64,000 nucleotides of DNA, taken from an uncultured bacterium. GTDB taxonomy: Bacteria; Chloroflexota; UBA5177; JANWHV01. The notes below the pieces were generated by a model. The model was not told the origin of the DNA. It made no database searches and saw only the letters and a program-made list of their open reading frames with translations. Positions 53,756 through 63,174 of the stretch are shown here, piece by piece. The stretch's first letter is position 1, and every line of letters starts with the position of its first letter. The DNA lies in contig CAWHAE010000009.1 in assembly GCA_963827235.1 (NCBI GenBank), positions 352,001 through 416,000 of the forward strand, given 5' to 3'. Both the position numbers and the translations under genes were made by a program.

Positions 53756-55201
53756 GTGGATACCAACGAGACGACATCGCCGGATCAAGCAATGCAAAAC
53801 GTCACCCGCCGGCAGGTGGTAAAGGTCGGCGGCCTGGGCCTGGCGGCCGCGGTCGGCGCTGCCGTCAGCGATCGTCTGCCTCTCGCACACGCGGAGACTC
53901 TGCGTGCCGCGAGCGCGAAGTTCGATTGGCAGCGGTTCAGCGGGCAGTCGATCAACGTCCTCTTTACGAACCACCCCTGGCAGCAAGCCGTCGCACCGCT
54001 GATCTCGCAGTTCGAAAAGCTCACGGGCATCAACGTCAAGCTCACCGTGATGCCCGAGTCCACCTACTACAATCGCGCGCTGCTCGGCCTCGGCGCCGGC
54101 TCGGCGCCCTTTGACGTCTTCTTCCAGGATCTCGTGGACTTCGGCTACAATGCCTGGCAAAACGGCTGGCTCGAATCACTGGATTCCTATGTCGGCGATC
54201 CTACCCTGACGGACAAGGCAGCCTATGACGTGGCGGATTTCTATCCCAAGTTCATGGACGGCTTCCGCCTGCCGACCTCGAGCGGCCAGCTCTACGGCAT
54301 TCCAATCACGGTCGAGACCTATTTCATCTTCTACCGTACGGATGTGTTCGCGAAATACGGCATCAACGCCGCGCAGCTCAAGACACTCGACGACTGGCTG
54401 GCGGCGATCGAGGGCCTTGCGCCGAAAGTACGGAAAGACAACATGTACGCGGCGGTGATCCGCGGCGTGCCCGCCTCGCTGATCGATCAGTTCGACGCCA
54501 TGGCGCTCGACTGCTGGGGTAACCGCCCCTACGTGGAGCGGCGGTTGAACTTCTTCGACCAGCAGTGGCATCCGCAGTTCACCAGTGCCTCCGTGGTAAA
54601 GGCGCTGGGTTCCTGGGCGCGCGTGGAGAAGGTCTCGCCTCCCGGCATCACGGCCTATGACTGGTACAACTGCACCGCGCAGTTCCAGCAGGGCCGGGTA
54701 GCCACCTTCTGGTTCGACGCCAGCCTCTTCGCCTCCATCTTCGAGGATCCCAAAGTGTCTCGCGTCGCCGGCAAGGTGGGCTATGCCATGGTGCCGGCAG
54801 GCGCCGGCGGCCAGGCGCCGCGTACCGCGTTCTGGAACTGGGGCCTGGGCATTCCAAAGTCCGGCCACAACAAGAACGCTGCCTGGTACTTCATCCAGTG
54901 GGCGACGAGCAAGCAGATCGATCTGCAAGCGGCGCCGAAGACGTTCGCGCCCGTCCGCAAGTCCAGCTGGCACAACGCCGGGCTGATCAAGCAGTTCCCG
55001 GCCGGCTACGCGAACGCCGTGGCGTTCGCCCTCGATCATGCCGACGACGCCGACATTCTCTTCAAGGGAGCGGATCAGGTCGGCATCAAGATCGGCGACG
55101 CCATCACCCAGATCTATCAAGGCAAGACAGCGGCAGACGCGGCAAGCACGCTACAGCAGCAGGCCACGACGATCGTGAAGGCGGCTGGGTATCTCAAGTA
55201 G
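53756..55201 (+). CDS. Tat-exported sugar ABC solute-binding protein
   Basis: TRRQVVK twin-arginine motif, GQLYGIP, YRTDVF, AAWYFIQW; RBS AAGGAG. Confidence 0.9.
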   Translation: MDTNETTSPDQAMQNVTRRQVVKVGGLGLAAAVGAAVSDRLPLAHAETLRAASAKFDWQRFSGQSINVLFTNHPWQQAVAPLISQFEKLTGINVKLTVMPESTYYNRALLGLGAGSAPFDVFFQDLVDFGYNAWQNGWLESLDSYVGDPTLTDKAAYDVADFYPKFMDGFRLPTSSGQLYGIPITVETYFIFYRTDVFAKYGINAAQLKTLDDWLAAIEGLAPKVRKDNMYAAVIRGVPASLIDQFDAMALDCWGNRPYVERRLNFFDQQWHPQFTSASVVKALGSWARVEKVSPPGITAYDWYNCTAQFQQGRVATFWFDASLFASIFEDPKVSRVAGKVGYAMVPAGAGGQAPRTAFWNWGLGIPKSGHNKNAAWYFIQWATSKQIDLQAAPKTFAPVRKSSWHNAGLIKQFPAGYANAVAFALDHADDADILFKGADQVGIKIGDAITQIYQGKTAADAASTLQQQATTIVKAAGYLK

Positions 55202-55268
55202 GACGCGATGACCGACTGCGTGGCGCACGACCCGGAAGGCGCAGTCTTGGATCGAAAGGACGCATGCC

Positions 55269-56069
55269 ATGGATTCTGAATTCTCAATGGGGCCGTTCCT
55301 TGCGGGCCAGACGGCGATCATCACCGGTGGCGCCAACGGCATCGGGCGTGCCATCGCAGCAGCGCTGGCACAGGCGGGTGCTTCGGTTTTCGTTCTCGAT
55401 CGCGATGGGGAGGCGGCCGAACAGACGGCCGCCTCCCTGCGGGCACGAGGTCGTGCTGCGCATGCCGTCAGATGCGACGTAACCAGCGCGGACGACGTCG
55501 GGCAGGCGATCGAGACGGTGGGCGCGCAGAGCGACCGCATCGACCTTCTGATGAACAACGCCGGCGTATCCTCCATGCAGCACGTCTGGGATATCACGGA
55601 AGAGGAGTGGGATCGCAACTTCGACGTGAACGTCAAAGGCATGTTCCTCTGCTCGAAGGCGGTGCTGCCGACGATGATGGGCCGGCGTGCCGGAAAGATC
55701 ATCAATACGGCCTCCGTGGCCGGCACGCGAGGCGTTCCCCTGCTGGCTCACTATGCCGCCTCGAAGTGGGCGGTGATTGGATACACCAAGAGTCTGGCCA
55801 TCGAGCTGGCTCCCTACGGCATCACGGTCAACGCCGTCTGTCCGGGCTATGTGATGACGTCGATGCAGGAACGGGAACTGGGCTGGGAGGCGAGCCTTCG
55901 CGGCCTCACCCCGGAGGAGGTGCGCGCGGAATACGTCAAACTTACGCCGATGGGCCGGCTCGAGCGCCCGGAAGATGTCGCCGCGACAGTGCTGTTCCTG
56001 GCCTCACCGCTGGCGTCCTATATCACCGGGCAAGCAGTGACCGTCGCAGGAGGCGCCGACCTGCTCTAG
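55269..56069 (+). CDS. SDR oxidoreductase (polyol dehydrogenase-like)
   Basis: TGGANGIG, NNAG, YAASK, NAVCPG. Confidence 0.93.
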   Translation: MDSEFSMGPFLAGQTAIITGGANGIGRAIAAALAQAGASVFVLDRDGEAAEQTAASLRARGRAAHAVRCDVTSADDVGQAIETVGAQSDRIDLLMNNAGVSSMQHVWDITEEEWDRNFDVNVKGMFLCSKAVLPTMMGRRAGKIINTASVAGTRGVPLLAHYAASKWAVIGYTKSLAIELAPYGITVNAVCPGYVMTSMQERELGWEASLRGLTPEEVRAEYVKLTPMGRLERPEDVAATVLFLASPLASYITGQAVTVAGGADLL

Positions 56070-56112
56070 CCGAGGCTACACCTGTCTATTCTCTCCTGCG
56101 GAGTGCAGCTCC

Positions 56113-57066
56113 ATGCCAAGCATAGCCGTCATAGGCAATCTGATCGGCGACCTCGTCGTGGGACCGCTGGATCGGCTTCCCGAATTCGGGCAGGAAGCGG
56201 TAGTCGAAGAGCGCTCGCTGCGCTCCGCGGGCCAGGCCTTCAACACGGCGATGGCGCTGGCCGCGCTTGGCGAGACTCCTTGCCTGGTCAGCAACGCCGG
56301 CGACGACGACGTCGGCCGGCAGATTCTGCGAGACATGGAGAGCATGGGCCTCGGCACCGATCTCGTGCGCATCGAGCCGTCCACGCCGACCGGCCTCAGC
56401 ATTGCCCTGCTCAACTCGGCGCGCGATCGAGCGTTCGTCACGCACCTCGGCCATCTGCACCACTTCACGGCCGGCACCGTCCTCGCGGCCTGGTCAAGTA
56501 TCGCCGCCTGCCGCTTCTTCCTCTTCTGCGGCTACGGCAACCTGCCTGCCATGCGCGGCGAGAGCAGCGTCGGCCTGTTGAAGCAGGCACGAAACGCCGG
56601 CCTCGTCACCGTTCTGGATACAGGCTGGGACCCGGATGGCTGGACGACCGGCGCGCGCGAGGAGGTGTGGGCCATGCTCGAGGAGACCGACATCTTCATC
56701 CCCAATCTCGAGGAGGCGCGAGCGCTCACCGGCCAGGACGATCCCGCCGCCGCGGCCGCGCAACTGCGGAGCCGAGGCGCGGGCACGATCATCGTCAAGC
56801 TTGGCCCGGAAGGCGCCCTGTGCCTGACCGCGGCCGGCACGACGCACATGCCGGCCATCGAGACGCAGGTCGCGGACACGGTAGGCGCCGGCGACTCGTT
56901 CAACGCCGGGGTGCTGTACGGGCTGGCTCGCGACTGGTCGCTGGAAGACGCGATCCGCCTGGGCACCGCGGTGGCAAGCCACGTGATCGCCGGGCATCAG
57001 CCGCGCTATCCCTCGATCGAGCAGGCGCTGGCGCTCGGCGGCGCTCCCGCGGCCGGCACAAGGTAG
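56113..57066 (+). CDS. PfkB family carbohydrate kinase
   Basis: PN.EEA, VKLGPEGA, DTVGAGDSFNAG. Confidence 0.93.
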   Translation: MPSIAVIGNLIGDLVVGPLDRLPEFGQEAVVEERSLRSAGQAFNTAMALAALGETPCLVSNAGDDDVGRQILRDMESMGLGTDLVRIEPSTPTGLSIALLNSARDRAFVTHLGHLHHFTAGTVLAAWSSIAACRFFLFCGYGNLPAMRGESSVGLLKQARNAGLVTVLDTGWDPDGWTTGAREEVWAMLEETDIFIPNLEEARALTGQDDPAAAAAQLRSRGAGTIIVKLGPEGALCLTAAGTTHMPAIETQVADTVGAGDSFNAGVLYGLARDWSLEDAIRLGTAVASHVIAGHQPRYPSIEQALALGGAPAAGTR

Positions 57067-57504
57067 AGGCTCGCTGCCACGCCGGGCACGTGCCGCTACC
57101 GGCACTCGGGCCGCGCCGGCAGGCGGACACGTAACATCGACGTTGCACCCGCAGGGTATGTCGTGCAGCCTGCTGTACTCAGGTACATTGGGGATGAATG
57201 CCGCGCCCGGAGCGAACGGCGCGGGTAAGATGTCCGCGCGGCGTTCCGTACGGCGCCGAGCGTGAGCAACAGTCCAGTAACCGGCACGCATTCCGGCCTC
57301 GGCAATCTCCTGCGCACAGTGGCCGGAGCACTCGAGCCTGTCGCCCATTGATCTGCTCCTGGGCGCCACGGACCGGGCACGGGAGCTGAAGCGGCACGCA
57401 CTGGCGCACAGTGCGACTCGGGAGCTACCATCGAGAGCAGAGCTGCCGGGCCCGCCGATGGGTCGTGGCCGCGCGTCTACCGCCCGAGACCGGAAGGAGC
57501 GCCC

Positions 57505-57876
57505 ATGCCGATCGGCAACCTCTTCGAGATCGTCCTCTTCGTGGAGAATATGCCGGCGCAGGTGCGCTTCTATCGGGACGTGCTGGGTCTTGAGCTGAGT
57601 GCGCCGCTCGACACGGATGCGGCCGAGGGGCAAAAGTGGGTGACCTTCAAGAGCGGTGCCTGCACGCTGGCCCTCCATGCCGGCGGCAAGAGGCGGTTTG
57701 GAGGCGACGCCCCCCAGTTCTATTTCCTGGTCGACGACATACAGGCGGCACGAGCAATGCTGCTGGACAAGGGCGTCGCCATGTCCGAGATCAGGCACCC
57801 CAATGAATGCTCGTCCTTCTGTTCCGGTCAGGATCCCGAAGGCAACTGCTTCGGACTGGAATCGCGAGACTGCTGA
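57505..57876 (+). CDS. VOC family protein
   Basis: RFYRDVLGL, FLVDDI, DPEGN. Confidence 0.88.
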   Translation: MPIGNLFEIVLFVENMPAQVRFYRDVLGLELSAPLDTDAAEGQKWVTFKSGACTLALHAGGKRRFGGDAPQFYFLVDDIQAARAMLLDKGVAMSEIRHPNECSSFCSGQDPEGNCFGLESRDC

Positions 57877-57926
57877 ACCGGCACCGGCACGCTTAGCGCC
57901 GAACGCTCTCGCCGGACGCCACTCCG

Positions 57927-58544
57927 CTACGGGCGACCCATCGGCTGGCGAATCACGGTCCTCAGCTTCGCGGGCTCGGTGCGCCGGGGATCGCCCAGGT
58001 AGATCTCGTGATGCTTGCCCGCCGGGACGTAGCCGCGGGCGTGAATGAACTCGTGCAGGCGCTGGATCGTCGGGCCTTCGTCTTTGTAGGCGCCATAGTA
58101 CAGGATCTGGGCGCACAGACCTTCCTGGTATTCCTCGAAGCGCATGCGCGGCAGCGCGGGCAGCGGCTTCTTCTTGGCGGCGGCCTGCAGCGCCGCCTCG
58201 ACAGCCCCTGCCGTGACCACGGGAGGCTGCATGATCATCGCCGTCCAGCACCATGTATCGCGCTGATCCATGGCGAAGTCCGCCATGTCCGTGCTCCACC
58301 ATAAGCCCTCGAGCGGCATGACGGCGTAGTCCGCGGATGGGTCTGTCTTCTTGACGTCGAACTTCAGCGTGTAGGCCACGGTGTAGAGGGCGTTGATGGC
58401 TTCGGCATAGTCCTGCGACGTATTCGGATCGCCCTGCCCGTCGATCATCAGATAGCGCATGGGCGGCAGGTCCACGATGGCAAAATCCCTGGCCGATGGC
58501 TGATAGAGATCCTTGAGCTCGCGCTTGAAATCGGTTGCCGGCAT
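57927..58544 (-). CDS. GyrI-like small-molecule-binding protein
   Basis: LMIDGQGDPN, YAVMPLEGLWW, GKHHEIYLGDPRR. Confidence 0.9.
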   Translation of the reverse strand: MPATDFKRELKDLYQPSARDFAIVDLPPMRYLMIDGQGDPNTSQDYAEAINALYTVAYTLKFDVKKTDPSADYAVMPLEGLWWSTDMADFAMDQRDTWCWTAMIMQPPVVTAGAVEAALQAAAKKKPLPALPRMRFEEYQEGLCAQILYYGAYKDEGPTIQRLHEFIHARGYVPAGKHHEIYLGDPRRTEPAKLRTVIRQPMGRP

Positions 58545-58557
58545 CCTCGTCCTCCTT

Positions 58558-58725
58558 CTAGGATCGCTCTACTGGGAACTGGATCTCGACCACGGGCACA
58601 CCTTGCCCGGGGAGTGTGACGTAGACCTCGCGGGCCGGCCCGTTGATGTGATGGCCGCTTGCCTCAATCCAGCGGCCGATGGCCATGAAAGCCCCGCCTA
58701 TAGTTTCGTCGCCAATGCTGAACGT
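58558..58725 (-). pseudogene. Collapsed MerR/BmrR-like regulator (N-terminus joined to C-terminal GyrI-like domain)
   Basis: Manual translation (T)FSIGD|ETIGGAFMAIGRWIEASGHHINGPAREVY..VVEIQFPV*; the first codon is ACG. Confidence 0.68.
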
Positions 58726-58840
58726 CGCTCACCAGCCCGGTAATCAGCTCGTCTCCCATCCTCGCTACCTACCCTACGCCTTCCAGTAGCTGGAATGTCA
58801 AGGGCACTGGTGGAATCGGTAGGAGGACGTGGCGCGGATG

Positions 58841-60256
58841 TCAGCCCTGCTGGATATCGCGCACTGCCTGGTCGACGACCGGATCGTCGCCCGCGGAGAG
58901 CTCGGCGGCAGTGACCGTCACCTGCTGGTCGGGAGCGACGCCGACCTTGTCGACTTTCTCCCCCTTGGCACCGAGCACGTGGAACGCCGTGATCTCCAGC
59001 GCGCTGGCATCGCTCAGACTGTAGAAGTAGGCTCCCGCCAGCTCGCCGCCCGTGCGGCTGCCCACAACCTTGCCCAGCTTCAAGTCGCGCACGGCGGAGG
59101 CCACCAGCTCAGACGACGACGCGGAGTCGCCGTCGGTCAGAACGACCAACGGCCCGTGGAGGGCGCTGACCGTGCTGTCCGTGCGAAGAGCAACGCGTTT
59201 GCCGCTGCCCTGCACCTCGTAACCGACCACGGCGTGGCGCGCGAAGGCACTGAGTATCTGGACTGCCTGGTCCTCCGCGCCCCCAGGGTTGCCCCGCAGG
59301 TCCAGCACCACACCGCGTACTGCCGTGCCCAAGTGCAGCCCCTTGATCGCGGTGAAGACACGAGAGGCGGCATCGGCGCTGAACTCGAAGAGCCGCACGT
59401 AGGCGATGCCGTTCCCCACTACGCGCGCGGTCGCGAACGGCGTGACCATCAACTTCGGCTGCAACGACACGGTGAAATAGGCTCCGGTGGAGGGGCGAAA
59501 CAGCGACAGAGAGACCGCAGTGCCCATCCGCGGGATGCTCACTGCGCCCAACGCCGCGGTCTCCTGGCCGCCTGCTACCACGGCCTTGCCGTTCACCTGC
59601 TCAATCGTGTCGCCCGGACGCAGGCCGGCGCGGGCAGCCGGCGTGCCCGGCAGCACGTCGGTGACATACGTGGACGTGACTGCCTTGGTCACCGGCGCCG
59701 TGACGATCCCCAGGGTCGGCGCCGGTGTTCCCGGGCTCAGCTGGCTGATGTAGATCTTCGTCTCATCCTGGGGCCAGTACGCCAGGTGATCGTCATGCAG
59801 GCTCATCGTCATGCCAAAGAGAGCCAGCTCAGCCAGGGCTTGCTGCACGCTCGCGGTTGGTTGCAGCAGGGACGAGATGGCGTCATATTCGTCTGCGAAC
59901 AACTGCCAGTCGATGTCGCGATCGCCCAGAAGCGACGGCAGGGTAAATGCCGACAGGCTGGAGGGAAGTGAGCCGGCAATCTCGTTGAAGGCACCGCGCA
60001 ACAGGGTGCGGTCATCCACGATCTTGCCCGCGATGTAGTGGCTCAGAATGCAGCGGTAGCCCTGCTCGACGATGGCAATGTCACTCGCATGGCCGGTGAG
60101 CAGGTCCTTCGGCGCGTCGAGCCGCTTGCAGAGGGCCGGCGTAGCGCCGGCGGTCGGCAGTGGGTAGAGGGACCAGGCGATCAGCGCCCACAGCAGCGCG
60201 CAGAGCGTCACGGCGCTGGAGCAGGCCAACCTCCTGCGTTCCCTGCGCCTCGCCAT
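58841..60256 (-). CDS. Exported S41 family peptidase with PDZ domain
   Basis: TPAARAGLRPGD, LDLRGNPGG, SASSSE, GVAPD. Confidence 0.9.
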   Translation of the reverse strand: MARRRERRRLACSSAVTLCALLWALIAWSLYPLPTAGATPALCKRLDAPKDLLTGHASDIAIVEQGYRCILSHYIAGKIVDDRTLLRGAFNEIAGSLPSSLSAFTLPSLLGDRDIDWQLFADEYDAISSLLQPTASVQQALAELALFGMTMSLHDDHLAYWPQDETKIYISQLSPGTPAPTLGIVTAPVTKAVTSTYVTDVLPGTPAARAGLRPGDTIEQVNGKAVVAGGQETAALGAVSIPRMGTAVSLSLFRPSTGAYFTVSLQPKLMVTPFATARVVGNGIAYVRLFEFSADAASRVFTAIKGLHLGTAVRGVVLDLRGNPGGAEDQAVQILSAFARHAVVGYEVQGSGKRVALRTDSTVSALHGPLVVLTDGDSASSSELVASAVRDLKLGKVVGSRTGGELAGAYFYSLSDASALEITAFHVLGAKGEKVDKVGVAPDQQVTVTAAELSAGDDPVVDQAVRDIQQG

Positions 60257-60534
60257 CACCATACAGCCCCCGACACCTCGGCAGTCCACCTGCCTCCTGA
60301 TAGGGTACTGCGTCTGCCGGTACACGATAAGGTCCTGCCGGGATCGAAGCGTGCCTGCGGTAGTGGTCAACCGGCATTCACTGCGGTTAGGGCCGGCCTG
60401 CGACTGCGGACGCTCATGGCAGCAGCGGGGCGAGTGCGGTGGTATCCCTGCTGACGTTCATGCCGTAGCCGTCTGCGGTAGCAGTGGCCGCAAGCGCAGG
60501 TCGGTCCCTACCGAGGGTCTCCCATGGCAAGACT

Positions 60535-61134
60535 TTAGCCGGCGGCCGCGTGCTCCTCATGAGCGGGACAGAGGCCATGCATGAGCGCGGCGACGATATC
60601 GGCGGCGAAACGGCTATCCGCCTCGTCGTCCGGCGTCTGCTCGAGAAAACGCATGTTCATGGCTCGCTGCTGGCAGGCGCCCAGCAGGAGCGTGGCCACG
60701 ACGTCCACATCGACGCCGGCGCGGATCCGCCCCAGGCGCTGCTCGATGCGCAGGTAGGTGGCGAGCGACTGGTTGGCCCGGTGGGGACCGAGACCCTTGC
60801 TGCGCAACCCTTCCGAGAGCTCCGGCGAGGCCAGCACGCTGGCCGCAATCGGCGTCAGCTTCTGGTAGAACTGCGCGGCCAGACGGGCAACCTCTCGCAG
60901 ATGATCGAGCAGCGTGTCCTCGCCCGCGCGCTCCAGCATGGCGTGGAGAAGCGGGATGAATGGAGGCAGCCGTTCCGCCATCACGGCGAGCAAGAGGCTC
61001 TCCTTATTGGCGAAGTACGTGTACAGGCTGCCCTCCGAGCAGCCGGCGGCGCGGGCGATCTCCTTGGTGGTGAGTGCCAGGATACCGCGCTCGGTCAGGA
61101 CGGCGAGCGCGGCGTCGAGAATCCGTGCCCTCAT
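60535..61134 (-). CDS. TetR/AcrR family regulator
   Basis: RILDAA, TTKEIARAAGCSEGSLYTYFANKE. Confidence 0.92.
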   Translation of the reverse strand: MRARILDAALAVLTERGILALTTKEIARAAGCSEGSLYTYFANKESLLLAVMAERLPPFIPLLHAMLERAGEDTLLDHLREVARLAAQFYQKLTPIAASVLASPELSEGLRSKGLGPHRANQSLATYLRIEQRLGRIRAGVDVDVVATLLLGACQQRAMNMRFLEQTPDDEADSRFAADIVAALMHGLCPAHEEHAAAG

Positions 61135-61167
61135 TCCGATAATATCCACCGTTGTAACATACAATAC

Positions 61168-61210
61168 TTGACATTGAGCGTTTGCACGCCTACCATGAGC
61201 ATACACTCAT
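61168..61210 (+). promoter_or_regulatory. Sigma70 promoter and TetR-type operator for the MFS gene
   Basis: TTGACA-17 nt-TACCAT; imperfect palindrome ATGAGCATACACTCAT (61195-61210). Confidence 0.75.
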
Positions 61211-61374
61211 CCGCAGGCGATGAGGTGGGCAGCGGCCTCTGCGGGCCGTGTTTTCGTCCCGGCATCTATGGTGGCGGGGCTGCAGGTGGGGCAAAGCCTC
61301 CGGGATTGCCCGGCAGTGGCGACCTGCCGTTGCTTCGACGCCGTTCCTCACGAGACTACAGGGGAGGAATCCGT

Positions 61375-63087
61375 ATGTCTGCAATCGCACCCGCGTACGC
61401 CGCGCAGACCGAGGCCGTGCCGGCGCACCGGTGGTGGGCGCTCGTCGCCACCTGCTTCGGCCTGTTCATGGCCCTGCTTGACGTCACCATCGTGAACGTC
61501 GCCCTGCCGACCATCGGCCGCGATCTGCACGCGAACTTCGCCGATTTGCAGTGGGTGATCAACGCCTACACGATTGCCCTGGCCGTCTTCCTGGTCACCG
61601 TCGGCCGTCTGGGCGACCTTTTCGGACGCAAGCGCATGTTCATGGTGGGCCTGGGTGTCTTTACCCTGGGCTCGTTCCTCTGCGCCGTCTCCGGCAGCAT
61701 ATCGATCGGCGGCCTCTCGCACACCAACATGCTGTTCGCCGCACGTGCCCTGCAGGGGTTTGGCGGCTCGTTCATGCTGCCTCTCTCCCTGGCGATCATC
61801 ACTGCCACGTTTGCCGGCCATGAGCGAGGCACGGCGATCGGCATTTGGGGCGGCATCACCGGTCTGGCCACGGCAATCGGTCCCGTGGTCGGCGGCGTGT
61901 TGGTGCAGGATGTGGGCTGGCAGTCTATCTTCCTGATCAATGTGCCGGTCGGCATCGTCGGCATCGGGCTGTCCGCCTGGGCGATCACGGAGTCGCGAGA
62001 CGAGCGCGCGCCGCGCACGGTCGACGTTTTCGGCCTGCTCACCAGCGCCGCCTGCGTCTTCTGCCTGGTCCTGGCCCTCGTGCAGGTCAACGACCCCGAC
62101 AAAGGCTGGATGTCGCCATATATACTGGCTCTCTTCGGCATCGCCCTGCTCACCCTGGTCGTATTCGTGCTCGGCGAGCTGCGCCTCAAGCACCCGATGG
62201 CCGATCCGCGTCTCTTTGCCGTCCGCGGCTTCACCGGCAGCGCCATCGTCGCCTTTACACTGAGCGCAGGGTTCTTCAGCCTGTTCTTCTTCCTCACCCT
62301 GTATTTGCAGAACACGCTGGGCTTTGATCCCCTGCAGGCAGGCATCCGTTTCCTCGCCCTCAGCGGGCTGATCATCGTCGGCGCGCCGCTATCCGGGCGC
62401 CTGACAGACCGCGTCGGACCCAGGCCCTTCCTGCTCGTGAGCACGGCGCTGCTCGTCGTCTCGGCACTGCTGATGACCACGATCTCCACGAGCCGGTTCG
62501 GCCAGACGCAGTGGCTGGCCCTCCTGCCCGCCTTCCTGGTCGGCGGCATCGCCAGCGGCATGGTGAATCCGCCCATCGCGGCCCTGGCGGTGGGCACGGT
62601 CGAGCGCCGGCTGGCCGGCATGGCCTCCGGCATCTCCGGTCTCTGCCGCCAGGTGGGCATGGCAGTGGGAATCGCCTTCCTCGGTGCAATGCTCACCAGT
62701 CGCTACAACACGTACATCCACGATCGCATTCTGTCCTGGCAGGCGCCGGGCCTCACACCGGCGATTCGCCAGCACCTCATTCAGGGGGCGCAGGGCGCGG
62801 GCGACCTGGCCGGTAGCACCGGGCTTCAGAGTGCCGGCAGCCAGTACACGCGACTGCCGTTCTTCCCGGGACTGAGCCACCTAGCGCGGGTCGCCTTCGT
62901 CGAAGGCACGATCGACATCCTGCGCATTGCCGCCGCCGTGCTGGCGGTCGGCTTCCTGGCAAGCGTCCTCCTGGTACGACGCTCGGACCTGCAGAACGAG
63001 GCGCACGACGCCCGGCCGTTCGCCGCGGAATCCAGGGAGGAGGATTACCCGGGCGAGCGCGCGATGGCGAGCCGCGCCGCCGGCTGA
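61375..63087 (+). CDS. DHA2 (EmrB/QacA-like) MFS efflux transporter
   Basis: LDVTIVNVALP, GRLGDLFGRKR, WQSIFLINVPVG; RBS GGAGG. Confidence 0.94.
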   Translation: MSAIAPAYAAQTEAVPAHRWWALVATCFGLFMALLDVTIVNVALPTIGRDLHANFADLQWVINAYTIALAVFLVTVGRLGDLFGRKRMFMVGLGVFTLGSFLCAVSGSISIGGLSHTNMLFAARALQGFGGSFMLPLSLAIITATFAGHERGTAIGIWGGITGLATAIGPVVGGVLVQDVGWQSIFLINVPVGIVGIGLSAWAITESRDERAPRTVDVFGLLTSAACVFCLVLALVQVNDPDKGWMSPYILALFGIALLTLVVFVLGELRLKHPMADPRLFAVRGFTGSAIVAFTLSAGFFSLFFFLTLYLQNTLGFDPLQAGIRFLALSGLIIVGAPLSGRLTDRVGPRPFLLVSTALLVVSALLMTTISTSRFGQTQWLALLPAFLVGGIASGMVNPPIAALAVGTVERRLAGMASGISGLCRQVGMAVGIAFLGAMLTSRYNTYIHDRILSWQAPGLTPAIRQHLIQGAQGAGDLAGSTGLQSAGSQYTRLPFFPGLSHLARVAFVEGTIDILRIAAAVLAVGFLASVLLVRRSDLQNEAHDARPFAAESREEDYPGERAMASRAAG

Positions 63088-63101
63088 TTCCGTGGTCCGC
63101 G

Positions 63102-63142
63102 AGCGCACCCAGCCGGAAGGAAGTGTTCCGGCTGGGTGCGCT
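63102..63142. terminator. Strong hairpin after the MFS gene
   Basis: Perfect 17-bp stem AGCGCACCCAGCCGGAA / TTCCGGCTGGGTGCGCT, 7-nt loop, no U-tract. Confidence 0.6.
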
Positions 63143-63174
63143 GAGCCATCCACTCTGTTCAACCGTACTACCTG

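Noticed and set aside
57070-57500. Possible small gene or RNA in the 430-bp spacer
   Set aside because: No recognisable motif or structure; the same applies to spacers 2200-2540, 9100-9430, 30700-30960 and 51340-51600.
60484-61374. N-terminal extension making an 867-aa MFS protein
   Set aside because: The extension is the antisense of the TetR gene plus promoter; RBS and motifs support a start at 61375.
588-62696. Many long overlapping or antisense ORFs (e.g. 667-2121, 16992-18302, 46878-48446, 49018-50856, 56494-58302)
   Set aside because: Shadow frames expected in high-GC DNA; R/A/G/P-rich, without motifs, and overlapping well-supported genes.
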